From the human T2T-CHM13v2.0 reference genome, Homo sapiens, in NCBI RefSeq assembly GCF_009914755.1, contig NC_060925.1: DNA of 64,000 bases; one strand, 5' to 3'. Of the stretch, positions 1 to 22,228 are shown one piece after another. Each line of letters opens with the position of its first letter. Position 1 is the first letter of the stretch. Under the pieces are notes generated by a model. That model was not told the DNA's origin. It saw only the letters and a program-made list of their open reading frames with translations, and did not search any database. A program made the translations under genes and the position numbers.

Positions 1-232
1 CTGAGGCAGGAGAATCACTTGAACCCAGGAGGTGGAGGTTGCGGTGAGCCGAGATCATGCCACTGAACTCCAGCCTGGGCAGTAAGAGCGAAACTCTGTC
101 TCAAAAAAAAAAAAAAAAGGACACTTCCTAGGCCAGCTACCCTGGGACAACTTACATTATACCCAAAATGGTCTCAGTACTGTGAGGAGAACCTCAGTCC
201 TACAAGGGACAAGTGAAGGGAGAGTTGCATTA

Positions 233-734
<502 letters not shown>

Positions 735-1594
735 CTAGGAATTATTGGTAGTCCACATATTGCTTCAAAGGGCCTATGCTGATGTCTGGGTGAAGTCCCA
801 CAGACCATACACAGAAGGAGAAAAAAGTATCTCATCCAGGTATCTTTACTGCTGAAAGTGTAACTATTCCAGCTAGTCTAACTCCCTTTTCTTGGATAAA
901 GGGTACATTAAGGAAAGAATAAAACCATGAAATCTGAAAACCTGAGTTTTATCACCTGCTTTATTATTTATTACCTCCTGACTTTGGAAAAGCCATCTAA
1001 CCTCTCTCAATCTCAGTAATTTGACCTGTCCTGCCTTCTTCACAGGTTTAATGTAGGGTCAACTGAGTTGACATATGAGTAGGCACTTTAAAAGCAATAC
1101 AACATATTATAAAACATAACATAGCGACTTCCACTCTGAAGAGGAGAAAGGCAAGGGTCAGAGATTAAAACTGGAAATAGTCTAAGAGCTCTAGAAAATG
1201 AGAAGCGCTTGTCATTGTTGACAAATTGCCTTGAAAACCAAAGAGCCCAAGGGCCCAACCCAGAAATATTTTGGGAAAGTCGTTAAACCAAGATAAACCT
1301 GGAAAGGAAAATTAATCTGCCAATAGCTTCTCTGCTCTTTAAAAGCCAGATCTCTTGTCAACAGGGAACAACATGAAGCGGTCACAGAGAGATGTGATTT
1401 TAAAACCCAAGTTATGGGAAGGAGCTCTGGAGGAATGAAACACCACTGAAGAATTTTGCTGCGAAGACTATTACTAAACATGGATTTCTCAACCATGCAT
1501 TCACATGAACCAGAAAAAAACTTTTGAAAAAAGAAAGCATAATCATTTGAACATGAAAATAATTACACCTCAATGCCTCCAATCAATCACCAAA

Positions 1595-2340
<746 letters not shown>

Positions 2341-2802
2341 CCAAAGCCTTTCAATTTTGCTTCCTAAATGCCTCTCAAACCAATATATTCCTATCCCCAG
2401 TGTCACTGTGCTAGTCTAGGTTACCAACATCTCCCCTGAATGACTATAAAAGCCTCAACTAGTTTCCCTGCCTCTTTTCTCACCCCACCCTCTCCAACCC
2501 AGTTTCTACACTGTGGCCAGAGGATTTTTTAAAAAGTAAATCGGATCACATCACTTTAAATCTTTTAAAGGCTTCATACTGGATAAACCCAAATCCATAC
2601 ATACAATTGCCAAGGCTCTTCCCAGTCTGGATCCTACCCACTGCTCTAGCCCCAATACTCACCACAGTCCTTCAGCCCCTACCTCCTTGATGCCATGCTC
2701 TAAGCATATTAAGGTTACTGCAGCTATGCAAAGATCCCGTCAGAAAGCAACTTCCCTCTTCTTCATTCTGCTTTATAAGGCTAACTCCTACCCATCCTGT
2801 GC

Positions 2803-3118
2803 CAGGGGTCAGTAAACTTTTTCTGTAAAGGGCCACAGAGTAAATATCCTAGGCTTTGCAGGTCATACAGTCTCTTGCAACTGTTCAACTCTGCTGCTAT
2901 AGTGCAAAAGCAGCTGTGAGTGTGGCTGCATTCTAACGAAATGTTATTTAAAGATGCTCAAATTTGAATATCATACAATTTTCACATATCACAAAGCATT
3001 ATTCTCTTGAATCTTTTCAAACATTTAAAAATGCAAAAAATCATTCTTAGCTCATGAGCTGTACCAAAGCAGATGGCAGGCTGGATTTGGCCTATAGGCT
3101 GCACTTCACCAACTCCTG
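2803..3118. mobile_element. MER58B-like hAT-Charlie non-autonomous DNA transposon
   Basis: Terminal inverted repeats CAGGGGTCAGTAAACT...ACTTCACCAACTCCTG and the MER58 core TTTTCTGTAAAGGGCCA. Confidence 0.8.
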
Positions 3119-3390
3119 CTATAGGCCATATCTTAGAGGTCATTTCCTCCAAGAAGACTTCTCTAACCTCTCCTAGGCTGGTTAGATGCCCTGACATTGG
3201 TGTTTCCATAGCTCCCTGTACTCCCCATCACAGTCTTGATTGCTGTGTACTGTAGGTGTTTTTTCTTCCCAGTTAGACTGTAAGCTTACTGAGGACTAGA
3301 CTTTGTCTGATTTATGCATCACTGTATCCCCATCATTCAGCATACCACCCAGCACATTATAGGCAGTACAGTCACACAATTCAATATTAA

Positions 3391-3663
<273 letters not shown>

Positions 3664-4024
3664 TGACGTCAGGTCTCCCAGTGCTGGGATTACGGGCATG
3701 AGCCACTATACCCGGCCCCTGTGTGCCTTATATGTTTAAATACGTAACATCCAAGTTCAAGTCTGTAGCATTCTTTTGGAATGTTTCAGGTAATCTTCCC
3801 ATTGTCTCCAAAATATAACAAAAATAAGAAAGGAGAACTAGAATGGGTTATGTCTAGAGTTCTACTAACCCATAGTTACTTAATAATTATTTCTGGAAAT
3901 GCAATCCCCAGCTGGATTCTACTTCTCTTTCTTTACTCTCACTGAGCTATAATAAAGCTTAGAGAGCTAAGGTATTTGAGTTAGTAATGGTGTATTGGGG
4001 ACATCTGTTAGAATGACTGAAATT

Positions 4025-8217
<4,193 letters not shown>

Positions 8218-8331
8218 TCACCTGAGGTTGGGAGTTCGAGACCAGCCTGACCAACATGGAGAAACCCCGTCTCTACTTAAAATACAAAATAGCCAGCCGT
8301 GGTAGCACATGCCTGTAATCCCAGCTACTCA

Positions 8332-8436
<105 letters not shown>

Positions 8437-8860
8437 TCAAAATAATAATAATAATAATTTTCTCAAGGTACCTCTAGGCCAAAAGGAATCCCTAACAGTT
8501 CTACTTAAGTAGTTAGGGCCAAATAAGTATTTAAGTCCTAACAACTTAGTAGCAATTTGAAAAAATAATACACATAAAAAGATTTCCATTTCATCTTTTT
8601 TTTTTTTTTTTATGGAGTCTTGCTCTGTCGCCCAGGCTGAAGTGCAGCGGCACGATCTCGGCTCACTGAAGCTTCGCCTGCCGGGTTCACGCCATTCTCC
8701 TGCCTCAGCCTCCCGAGTATCCGGGACTACAGGAGTCCGCCACCACACCCAGCTAATTTCTTTGTATTTTTAGTAGAGACGGGGTTTCACCGTGTTAGCC
8801 GGGATGATCTCGGTCTCCTGACTTCATGATCCGCCCGCCTTGGCCTCCCAGAGTGCTAGG

Positions 8861-9985
<1,125 letters not shown>

Positions 9986-11418
9986 TGATATTAAATCTTA
10001 TATTTATTCATTATTATTGGATGCCATTTCCACTAAATCGTGAGCTCTGCGAGGCAGGGACTTGGTCTTCTTTCTTCTGCTTCCTTGCCCAGTGCACAGC
10101 AGGCACTCTATGTATTAAGTACAGCAAAGTATCAGGAAATGTCAGCTGACGTCCAGCTCTACTACTATCTTCCTGTGTGACATGAGAAGTCACTTCTGCT
10201 CTTTGGGTCTCGGTTTCTTCATCTATAAAGTGGGGATTTTAAATATCAAAATTTCAGGGGCCTTTACCATATGGAAAGGCACCTGCACTTTTCAAACTAA
10301 GGAGTTATGAGGAAGTGCTCTGCTTCTGCATGTCAGTGGTTTCTAATGACTCTCTCAGGATGTTTCTTTAGGTACTTCCTAGCAGACTGAAAGGTCATCT
10401 CCTAAGGGCTGACAGTTTGTGGATTCAGTTCACGGCCAGGGGTACATAGCGTACTGATGGGAAAATGGCCCTGCATCTTGTCGATGTCTTCTCACAGGGG
10501 GTCTCTCAGGACAGTCCAGCAAGGACCAGAACATCTTCACTCATTACACTACCTATGGAAACTTTAAGGCATGATGTGGGGGATTTCCAGCCACAGGGCG
10601 GTCTTCTCGGAATCTCCTCTCTAGAACCTGGCACGGAAGCTGGCTGTCAGAGCAGCTCTTGACCAGATTTGCCATTACACAGCCCCATAGTTCCCCCTCT
10701 GGCCACAGCTTCCTGTCTTTTCTCCTCTCCTGCTTCCCTACTCCCACTCTGCCCTTTTTTTAACCTCAGACCTCCAATCTTTTTGTCACCCAATCTAATA
10801 GGTGACAATAGATATTTTTCCTTTTTTCCCCATGTTCGGTCACCAAGTCTTATGAATCCTCTATTAAATTTTTTTTTTTTGAGGCAGAGTCTTACTCTGT
10901 TGCCCAGGTTGGAGTGTGGTGGCGTGATCTCAGCTCACGGCTCCTCTGTGTCCTGAGTTGAAGCGATTCTCCTGCCTCAGCCTCTCAAGAAAGCTGGGAT
11001 CACAGGCATGCACCACCACGCCCAGCTAATTTTTGTATTTTTAGTAGAAACGGGGTTTCACCATGTTGGCCATGGTGCTCTCAAACTCCTGACCACAAGT
11101 GATCCACCCACCTTGGCCTCCCAAAGTGCTAGGATTACAGGCGTGAGCCACCTCACCCAGCCTCTCTTAAATATTTTTATATCTGACTGTCTTCTCTATC
11201 CCTACTGTCATGCCTTAGTTTAGGCCCTTAATGTTTCTGGAAAGCCCACTTAATGATTTCCCTACCTCCATTTTCACCTCCTCCAATTCCATTCTGCCAA
11301 CACCTAGAAGAAAACACAAATCTGGGTGGGCACAGTGGCTCATGCCTGTAATCCCAAGGCTTTGAGAAGCTGAGGCAGGAGGATTGCTTGAGTCCAGGAA
11401 TCCAAGACAACATGGTAA

Positions 11419-11724
<306 letters not shown>

Positions 11725-12383
11725 TAGTGCAAACCTGTAGTCCCAGCTACTCAGGAGGTGAAGGGGGAGGACAGCTTGAGCCAGGGAGCTCGAGGCTGCA
11801 GTGAGCCATGATTGTATCACTGCATTCCACTCTGGGCACTACAGTGAGACCCTGTCTCAAAAAAAAAAAAGAAAAGAAAAGAAAACACAAATCTGGACAC
11901 GTCACTACTGTGGGTAAAATCCCTCAATAACTTAAATCATTTTATCAGAGGCATTTGAACCAGAGCAACTCCATCTTGAATAAGAGCTAGGTAAAATAAG
12001 GCTAAGACCTGCTGGGCTGCATTCCCAGAGAGTTAGGCATACTAAGTCACAGGATGAGATATGAGGGTCGGCACAAGGCACAGGTCATAAAGACCTTGCT
12101 GATAAAACAGGCTGCAGTAAAGACGCCTGCTAAAACCCACCAAACCAAGATGGCCACGAGAATGACCTAGGTCATCCTCATTGCTACACTCTCACCAGCG
12201 CCATGACAGTTTACAAATGCCATGGCAATGTCAGGAACTTACCCTATATGGTCTAAAATGGGGAGGCTTGAATAATCTACCCCTCGTTTAGCATACAATC
12301 AAGAAATAAAATAAAAATGGGGCCGGACGCAGTGGCTCACGCCTGTAATCCCAGCACTTTGAGAGGCCGAGACGGGTGGATCA

Positions 12384-12647
<264 letters not shown>

Positions 12648-13093
12648 TCAGCTACTTGGGAGGCTGAAGCAGAAGAATTGCTTGAACCTGGGAGGCAGAG
12701 GTTGCAGTGAGCCAAGATCACGGCATTATACTTGACGGAGCAAGATTCTGTCCAAAAAAAGAAAAAGGCTTAAATAAAATATTTTTTGTCAGAAAAGTAA
12801 AAAGTGTAATGCCTTTTAGTTCACATGACTTAAGTAATCTTTGGGAAATAAAAACAGTTTTACATGCAAGGTGTGTAAAGAAACTGAAATATGTTTTTCA
12901 TAAAAGATTATAAGAAGTCAGTCAGGCATGGTGGCTCATGCCTGTAATCCTAGAACTTTGGGAGGCCGAGGCAGACAGATCACGAGGTCAGGAATTTGAG
13001 ACCAGCCTAGCCAACATGATGAAACCCTGTCTCTACTAAAATACAAAAAATTAGTCAGGCATGGTGATGCGTGCCTGTAGTCCCATCTACTCA

Positions 13094-13264
<171 letters not shown>

Positions 13265-13448
13265 TTAAAGGATTGTTTAAGTTAAATAGAATAAAACTGA
13301 AAGTTTAAGAGTTTGTTAATCTTGTAAATGAAATTCTGTGTGTGAACATACTGGCTAAAGTTAAGAGGGTATTATTCAGTTTTTCTGTAAATTAAATATT
13401 AGAATAAAAGTACAGTAAGTTTTTCTTAGAGCACTAATCTGCTCTTCA

Positions 13449-13862
<414 letters not shown>

Positions 13863-13989
13863 TTAACATTAATAGTATACTAATGCAAAGTGAAGTTTGG
13901 CTTATTTGGTATATAAATCATAAAGGAAGCATTGTCAAATATGAAATAGTGTTTGGCTTTCATTGGGCTGTATTTGCATAAATATGTTA

Positions 13990-14371
<382 letters not shown>

Positions 14372-15435
14372 TTACTAATAATTACAATTGTTATGTAAAA
14401 TTGTTACATGCCACTGTGGTAACCAAATTTCTTTGTCAGTTGTGTTTTTGACTGTGGCTGCCTTAAAACATTTTGTCATCCACAGACAACTGTTGTCTTG
14501 TTTTAATCCTCTTTCAAAGGTGGTTTTAATCAGCTATAGGAATTTGAAAAGTGCTCTTGAATGCAGGTTTCTAATAACTTTGGAGACTGTGACATTAGAA
14601 TTGAGGAAAAACTTTCAGGACTCATGCAAAGCTGAAATGTTCATGAATGTCAATCAGAACAGAAGTTAACTGCATGGACTGAACTAATAGAAGACTAAAG
14701 TAATCTTTTTGACTTTGCTTAAAACATTGCTGATCCCTTGTTTTGTTGTTCAGAGTCAAGAAAACTTTTCTTTTGAGCTATTTACATCTTTTAAAAATTG
14801 AGTAAAGTATACTCCTGTGAACAAAATTTAGACCGTATTTGTTTCACTCTACCTAATTTCTCAGAATTTGGAAACTATTTGTGAGTATTCTCAACTTATG
14901 GCAATATAATTATTTGCATAAGTGCAATAAGAATCTGTTTCTTTTTGCAATAGGACACAGTTGGAGAAATTGGTTATTTTACCAAGGCTTTGACTGGAAT
15001 GGTATGTTTTCCTTTAAAGAATCAAATTTGACTAACAGAGCCAATAAAAGCCCCATGAGAAAACTGGCCTCATACCTTGGCTACAGACTCTGTACAGGGT
15101 TCTTGACCTGTGGTAATTAAAGAATGTCACTTTCTGACAGGCCCAGGAGCCCCAAGTTATCTTGGAACCTCAAGAGGAGAGAAATTTACCCAACTTACAG
15201 GTACTTCAGGATACAAACCCATGGCTGGGCTCAGCTTTAAAAAAGTATTATCTAAGATTTCTTAAGAAGCAGACTTCCATCAAAGCCAATTTTAAAAGCC
15301 TATGTAAAAAAATATTTATTCTTGCTGCACTTTATACAAATAATCAGTCCAAGTATAATAAAGCAAATCGGTCTTACCATGATTTGTCTTTAGTAAAAAT
15401 GAAAGACTGGAGAGAGGAAAAAAATATATGTTTCA

Positions 15436-15585
<150 letters not shown>

Positions 15586-17327
15586 TTAGCCAGGCATGGT
15601 GGTGTGTGCCTATAATCCCAGATACTCGGGAGGTTGAGACAGGAGGATTGCCTGAACCCAGCAGGTGGAGGTTGCAATGAGCCGAGATTGCACCACTGCC
15701 CTCCAGCTTGGGCAACAGAGTAAGACTCTGTCTCAAAAAAAAAAAAAGAAAGAAAGAAAAAAAAAACCTATGGTTATTAGGTTCTAGTCTCATCAGTTGT
15801 GTTTACGTTTTTTCCTGCAATTTAGACTGACCCTACTTATTTCTATTAACCAACTAGTGATCTCTGGTGCAGCTCAGAAGAAACAAGAGATATAGGTAAT
15901 GTAAAAACCTGGATCAATATTCTAATTCTGGGCATATATTGGAATCAGCTAGCAATCCCATATCAGCTTGGTTCCAACAGTTGCCCAGTTCATGAAAAGC
16001 CTTCTAATTTAGTTTATTTGGAATAATTTCACTTATTTTGCTTTACCGTTGTGGAATACATTGCTGTTGTACTCTTTGTGTAGAAACGCACAATAAGCTT
16101 ACTGAATGTTTTCTTAAATTGAACACTTATTAATCTTCCAGATATTACCTTTTGTTGGAACTCAAGAGACATGAATGGCCTTGCCATACTGCTGCTTTCT
16201 GACTGAGCTCCTCTCTACCCTGAATACAAGAGACCCTCATAGTTAGGCAGGAATATAATCGACCTATTCAGCATGAAGAAGTTACAGAAGATGGATTTTC
16301 ATCCCTTTGCAACCCTTATGATTAAGGGCTCTTTTATAAAAGGGAGGGAGAAATATCAGAGGCATTTGAACCACAGTAACTCCATCTTGAATAGGGGCCA
16401 GGTAAAATAAGGCTAAGACCTGCTGGGCTGCATTCCCAGACAGTTAGGCATTCTAAGTCACTGGATGAGATGTGAGGGTCAGCACAAGGCACAGGTCATA
16501 AAGACCTTGCTGATAAAACATGCTCAAGTAAAGAAGCCTGCTAACACCCACCAAACCAAGATGGCCATGAGAGTGACCCACCTCGTCCTCATTGCTACAT
16601 TCCCTCCAGTGCCTTGACAATTTACAAATGCCACGGTAATGTCAGGAAGTTACCCTATATGGTCTAAAAAGGGGAGGCATGAATAATCTGTCAGGCCTCT
16701 GAGCCCAAGCTAAGCCATCATATCCCCTGTGACCTGCATGTATACATCCAGATGGCCTGAAGCAACTGAAGATCCACAAAAGAACTGAAAACAGCCTTAA
16801 CTGATGACATTCCACCATTGTGATTTGTTCCTGCCCCACCCTAAGTGATAGGCTATGTTCTCCCCCGCCCTTAAGAAGGTACTTTGTAATATTCTCCCCC
16901 GCCCTTAAGAATGTACTTTGTACACCTATCCCAAACGTATAAAAACTAATGATAATCCCACCAACCTTTGCTGACTCCTTTCTCGGACTCAGCCCACCTG
17001 CACCCAGGTGAAATAAACAGCCCTGTTGCTCACACAAAGCCTGTTGGTGGTCTCTTCACAAGGATGCGTGTGACATTTGGTGCCAAAACCCAGGACAGGA
17101 GGACTCCTTCAGGAGACCAGTCCCCTGTCTTCGCCCTCACTCCGTGACCTCAGGTCCTCAGACCAACCAGCCCAAGGAACATCTCACCAATTTCAAATTG
17201 GGTAAGCAGTCTTTTCACTCTTCTCATGCCTCTCTTGCTACCCTTCAATCTTCCTCTCTTGCTACCCTTCAATCTCCCTGTCCTTCCAATTCCAATTCTT
17301 TTTCCTCTCTAGTAGAGACAAGGAGAC

Positions 17328-17470
17328 GGCCAGGTGCGGTGGCTCACGCCTGCAATCCCAGCTCTCAGGGAGGCTAAGAGGCGGGAGGATAGCTTGAGCC
17401 CAGGAGTTCGAGACCTGCCTGGGCAATATAGCGAGACCCCGTTCTCCAGAAAAAGGAAAAAAAAAAAAAA
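17328..17470 (+). pseudogene. BC200 (BCYRN1) retropseudogene inserted in the HERV-H leader
   Basis: Contains BC200-diagnostic CCCAGCTCTCAGGGAGGCTAAGAGGCGGGAGGATAGCTTGAGCCC...CCCCGTTCTCCAGAAAAAGGAAAA, an A-tail and a 14-bp TSD AGAGACAAGGAGAC (17314-17327 / 17471-17484). Confidence 0.92.
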
Positions 17471-20013
17471 AGAGACAAGGAGACACATTTTATCCGTGGA
17501 CCCAAAACTCTGGCGCCAGTCACGGACTCGGGAAGATAGTCTTCCCTTGGTGTTTAATCACTGCGGAGATGCCTGCCTGATTATTCACCCACCGTCCACT
17601 GGTGTCTGATCACTGCGGGGACACCTGCCTTAGTCATTCACCCACATTCCCTTGGTGGCAAGTCAATTGCAGGGATGCCTGCTTTGGCTGCTCACCCACA
17701 TTGCAGCCCAGGGCTGCTCACCCACCCACTTCTCCATGTCTCTACCTTTCTCTTTAAACTTACCTCCTTCACTATGGGCAACCTTCCACTCGCCATTCTC
17801 CCTTCTTCTCCTTTAGCCTGTGTTCTCAAAAACTTAAAACCTCTTCAACTCACACCTGACCTAAAACCTAAGCGTCTTATTTTCTTCTACAACACCGCTT
17901 GGCCCCAATACAAACTTGACAATGATTCCAAATAGCCAGAAAATGACACTTTCGATTTCTCCATCCTACAAGATCTAGATAATTCTTGTCATAAAATGGG
18001 CAAATGGTCTGAGGTGCCTGACGTCCAGGCATTCTTTTACACATCGGTCCCTTCCTAATCTCTGTTCCCAATGAGATTCATCCCAAAGCTTTCTTCTTTC
18101 TCTCCTGTCTGTTCCTTCAGTCTCCACCCCAAGCTCTGAATCCTGGGAATCCTCCTTTTCTACAGACCCATCTGACCTCTACCCTCCTCCCCAGGCTGCT
18201 CCTTGCCAGGCCGAGCCAGCTCCCAACTCTTCTTCAACCTCTGCTCCCCCACCCTATAACCCTTCTATTACCTCCCCTCCTCACACCCGGTCTGGCTTAC
18301 AGTTTCATTCCGTGACCAGCCCTCCCCCACCTGCCCAACAATTTCCTCTCAGAGAGGTGGCTGGAGCTGAAGGCATAGCCAAGGTTAATCCTCCTTTTTC
18401 TTTATCCAACCTCTCCCAAATCAGTTAGCGTTTAGGCTCTTTTTCATCAAATATGAAAACCCAGCCCAGTCCATGGCCCGTTTGGCAACAACCCTTAGAT
18501 GCTTTACCGCCCTAGACCCAGAGGGGCCAGAAGGCTGTCTTATTCTCAATACACATTTTATTACCCAACCCACTCCTGACATTAGAAAAATCTCCAAAAA
18601 TTAGATTCTGGCCTTCAACCCCCCAACAGTACTTAATTGACCTCACCTTCAAGGGGTACAGTAATACAGAAGAGTTGTAATTACTTGCCTCCGCTGTGAG
18701 AGAAACCCCAGCTACATCTCCAGCACACAAGAACTTCAAAACGCCTAAACCTCAGGGGTCAGGCATTCCTCCAGGACCGCCTCCCCAGGATCTTGCTTCT
18801 AGTGCTGGAAATCTGGCCACTGGGCCAAGGAATGCCTGCAGCCTGGGATTCCTCCTAAGCCGTGTCCCATCTGTGCAGGACCCCACTGGAAATCAGACTG
18901 TCCAACTCACCCAGCAGCCACTCCCAGAGCCCCTGGAACTCTGGCCCAAGGCTCTCTGACTGACTCCTTCCCAGATCGTCTCAGCTTAGCGGCTGAAGAC
19001 TGACACTGCCCGATCGCCTCGGAAGCCTACAGGACCATCACAGATGCTCTGGATAACTCTTACAGTGGAGGGTAAGTCCATCCTCTTCTTTATCAATACG
19101 GAAGCTACACACTCCACATTACCTTCTTTCCAAGGGCGTGTTTCCCTTGCCTCCATAACTGTTGTGGGTATTGACAGCCAGGCGTCTAAACCTCCTAAAA
19201 CTCCCCAACTCTGGTGCCAACTTGGAAAACATTCTTTTATGCACTCCTTTTTAGTTATCCTCACCTGCCCAGCTCCCTTATTAGGTTGAGACATTTTAAC
19301 TAAATTTTCTGCTTCCCTGACTATTCCTGGGCTACAGCCACACCTCATTGCCTCCTTTTCCCCCAGTTCAAAGCCTCCTTCACATCCTCTCCTTGTATCT
19401 CCCCACCTTAATCCACAAGTATAGGACACCTCTACTCCCTCCTTGGCAACGGATGATGCACCCCTTACCATCCCATTAAAACCTAATCACCCTTACCCTG
19501 CTCAATGCCAATATCCCATCCCACAGCACGCTTTAAAAGGATTAAAGCCTGTTATCACTCACCTGCTACAGCATGGCCTTTTAAAGCCTATAAACTCTCC
19601 TTACAATTCCCCATTTTACCTGTCCAAAAACTACACGAGTCTTACAGGTTAGTTCAGGATCTGCACCCTATCGACCAAATTGTCTTGCCTATCCACCCTG
19701 TGGTGCCAAAGCCATATATTCTCCCATCCTCAATACCTCCCTCCACAACCCATTATTCTGTTCTAGATAAACCTAGCTGACCCCATAAATCCTAAATCCT
19801 TTCCCCACTCCCCTTTCCATTCCTTAAAAAACAGCCCTAAAAGATGCTCCCACACTACCTCTCCCTAACTCATCCCAACCTTTTTCATTACACACAGCTG
19901 AAGTGCAGGGCTGTGTGGTCGGAATTCTTACACAAGAGCCGGGACCACGCCCTGGAGCCTTTCTGTCCAAACAACTTGACCTTACTCTTTTAGCCTAGCC
20001 CTTACGTCTGCGT

Positions 20014-20832
20014 GTGGTGGCTGCCGCTGCTTTAATACTTTTAGAGGCCCTCAAAATCACAAGCTATGCTCCACTTACTCTCTACAGTTCCCATAACTTT
20101 CAAAATCTATTTTCCTCCTCACACTTGACGCATATACTTTCTGCCCCCCAGCTCTTTCAGCTATACTCACTCTTTGTTGAGTCTCCCACAGTTACTATTG
20201 TTCCTGGCCCAGACTTCAATCCGGCCTCCCACATTATTCCGGATACCACACCTGATCCCCATGACTGTATCTCTCTGATCCATCTGACATTCACTCCATT
20301 TCCCCATATTTCCTTCTTTCCTGTTCCTCACCCTGATAACACTTGGTTTATTGATGGCAGTTCCACCAGGCCTAATCGCCACTCACCAGCAAAGGGAGGC
20401 TATGCTATAGTATCTTTCACATCTATCATTGAGGCTACCACTCTGACCCCCTCCACTACCTCTCAGCAAGCTAAACTCATTGCCTTAACTTGGGCCCTCA
20501 TTCTTGCAAAAGGACTACGAGTCAATATTTATACTGACTCTAAATATGCCTTCCATATCCTGCACCACCATGCTGTTATATGGGCAGAAAGAGGTTTCCT
20601 CACTACTCAAGGGTCCTCCATCATTAATGCCTCTTTAATAAATACTCTTCTCAAGGCTGTTTTACTTCCAAAGGAAGCTGGAGTCATTCACTGCAAGGGC
20701 CATCAAAAGGCATCAGATCCCACTGCTCAGGGCAACGCTTATGCTGATAAGGTAGTTAAAGAAGCAGCTAGCTTTCCAACTTCTGTCCCTCACGGCCAGG
20801 ACTGGACAGTACTTTGCCCTTCTCAGAATTAG
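20014..20832 (+). pseudogene. HERV-H pol remnant ORF (connection + RNase H), catalytically defective
   Basis: WFIDGSS, YTDSKYA, HCKGHQ and GNAYAD motifs are present. The conserved Glu of AELIAL reads AKLIAL, and the RT and IN regions are largely deleted. Confidence 0.85.
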
Positions 20833-21943
20833 AGCCTGTCCTCGAGATGCTACAGGGTACTGTCCATTTGAACTTTTATATGGACGCACTTTCTTGCTCA
20901 GCCCTGACCTCGTCCCAGACACCAGCCCTCTAGGCAACTATCTTCCAGTCCTCCAGCAGGCTAGACAGGAAATTCGCTAGGCTGCTCATCTTCTCTTGCC
21001 TACTCCAGATTCCCAGCCATATGAAGACACCCTAGCTGGATGATCAGTTCTTGTTAAGAATCTGACCCCTCAAACTCTACAACCTCCATGGACTGGACCC
21101 CACTTAGTCATCTATAGTACCCCAATGGCTGTTCGTCTGCAGGATGCCCCACCATTAGGTTCATCATTCCAGAATAAAGCTGTGCCCGTCAAACAGCCAG
21201 CCTGATCTCTCCTCTTCCTCCTGGAAGTCACAAGTGTTCACCCCTACTTTCCTTAAACTTATTTGCATTTCTGAAGAGCAGTAATAACCCTTATGAGCCT
21301 AATACAACCCTTCATTCTATTAGGTCTATTCATCCTTACCCTACTTTTTGCAATAGGGCTTTACGCAGTCACCCCCACTACTTGTTCTGTGCCCCAAAAA
21401 CTTGTCATCCCTATCTTCTGTCTAGTCATACTCCTATTCACCATTCTCAACTACTTGTAAATGCCCTGCCCTTGTTTACACTGCTGGTTTACGCTTTTCC
21501 TCCAAACCATTGTAGCGGATATCTCCTGGTACTATCCCCAATCCGCCACTCTTGACTCCCTCTTAGAGTGGATAGATGAACTTTGCTGACAGGGCACCCT
21601 CCGATACTTTTACCCTGATGAAGTCCTATTCTTTACTTTTATACTCACTCTTATTCTCATTCCCATTCTTATGCCATCCTCTACCTCTCCCCAGCTATCT
21701 CCACCACACTATCAATCTCACTCACTCTCTCCTAGCTGTTTCTAAACCTTCTTTAACAAACAATTGCTGGCTTTGCATTTCTCTTTCCTCTAAAATCACA
21801 GAGGCCTCGACTTACTCACTGCTAAAAAAAAAAAAAAAGGGGGACTCTGGGCCAGGCGCAGTGGCTCATGCCTGCAATCCCAGCACTTTGGAACACTGAG
21901 GTGGGCAGATCACGAGGTCAGGAGATCGAGACCATCCTGGCTA

Positions 21944-22228
<285 letters not shown>

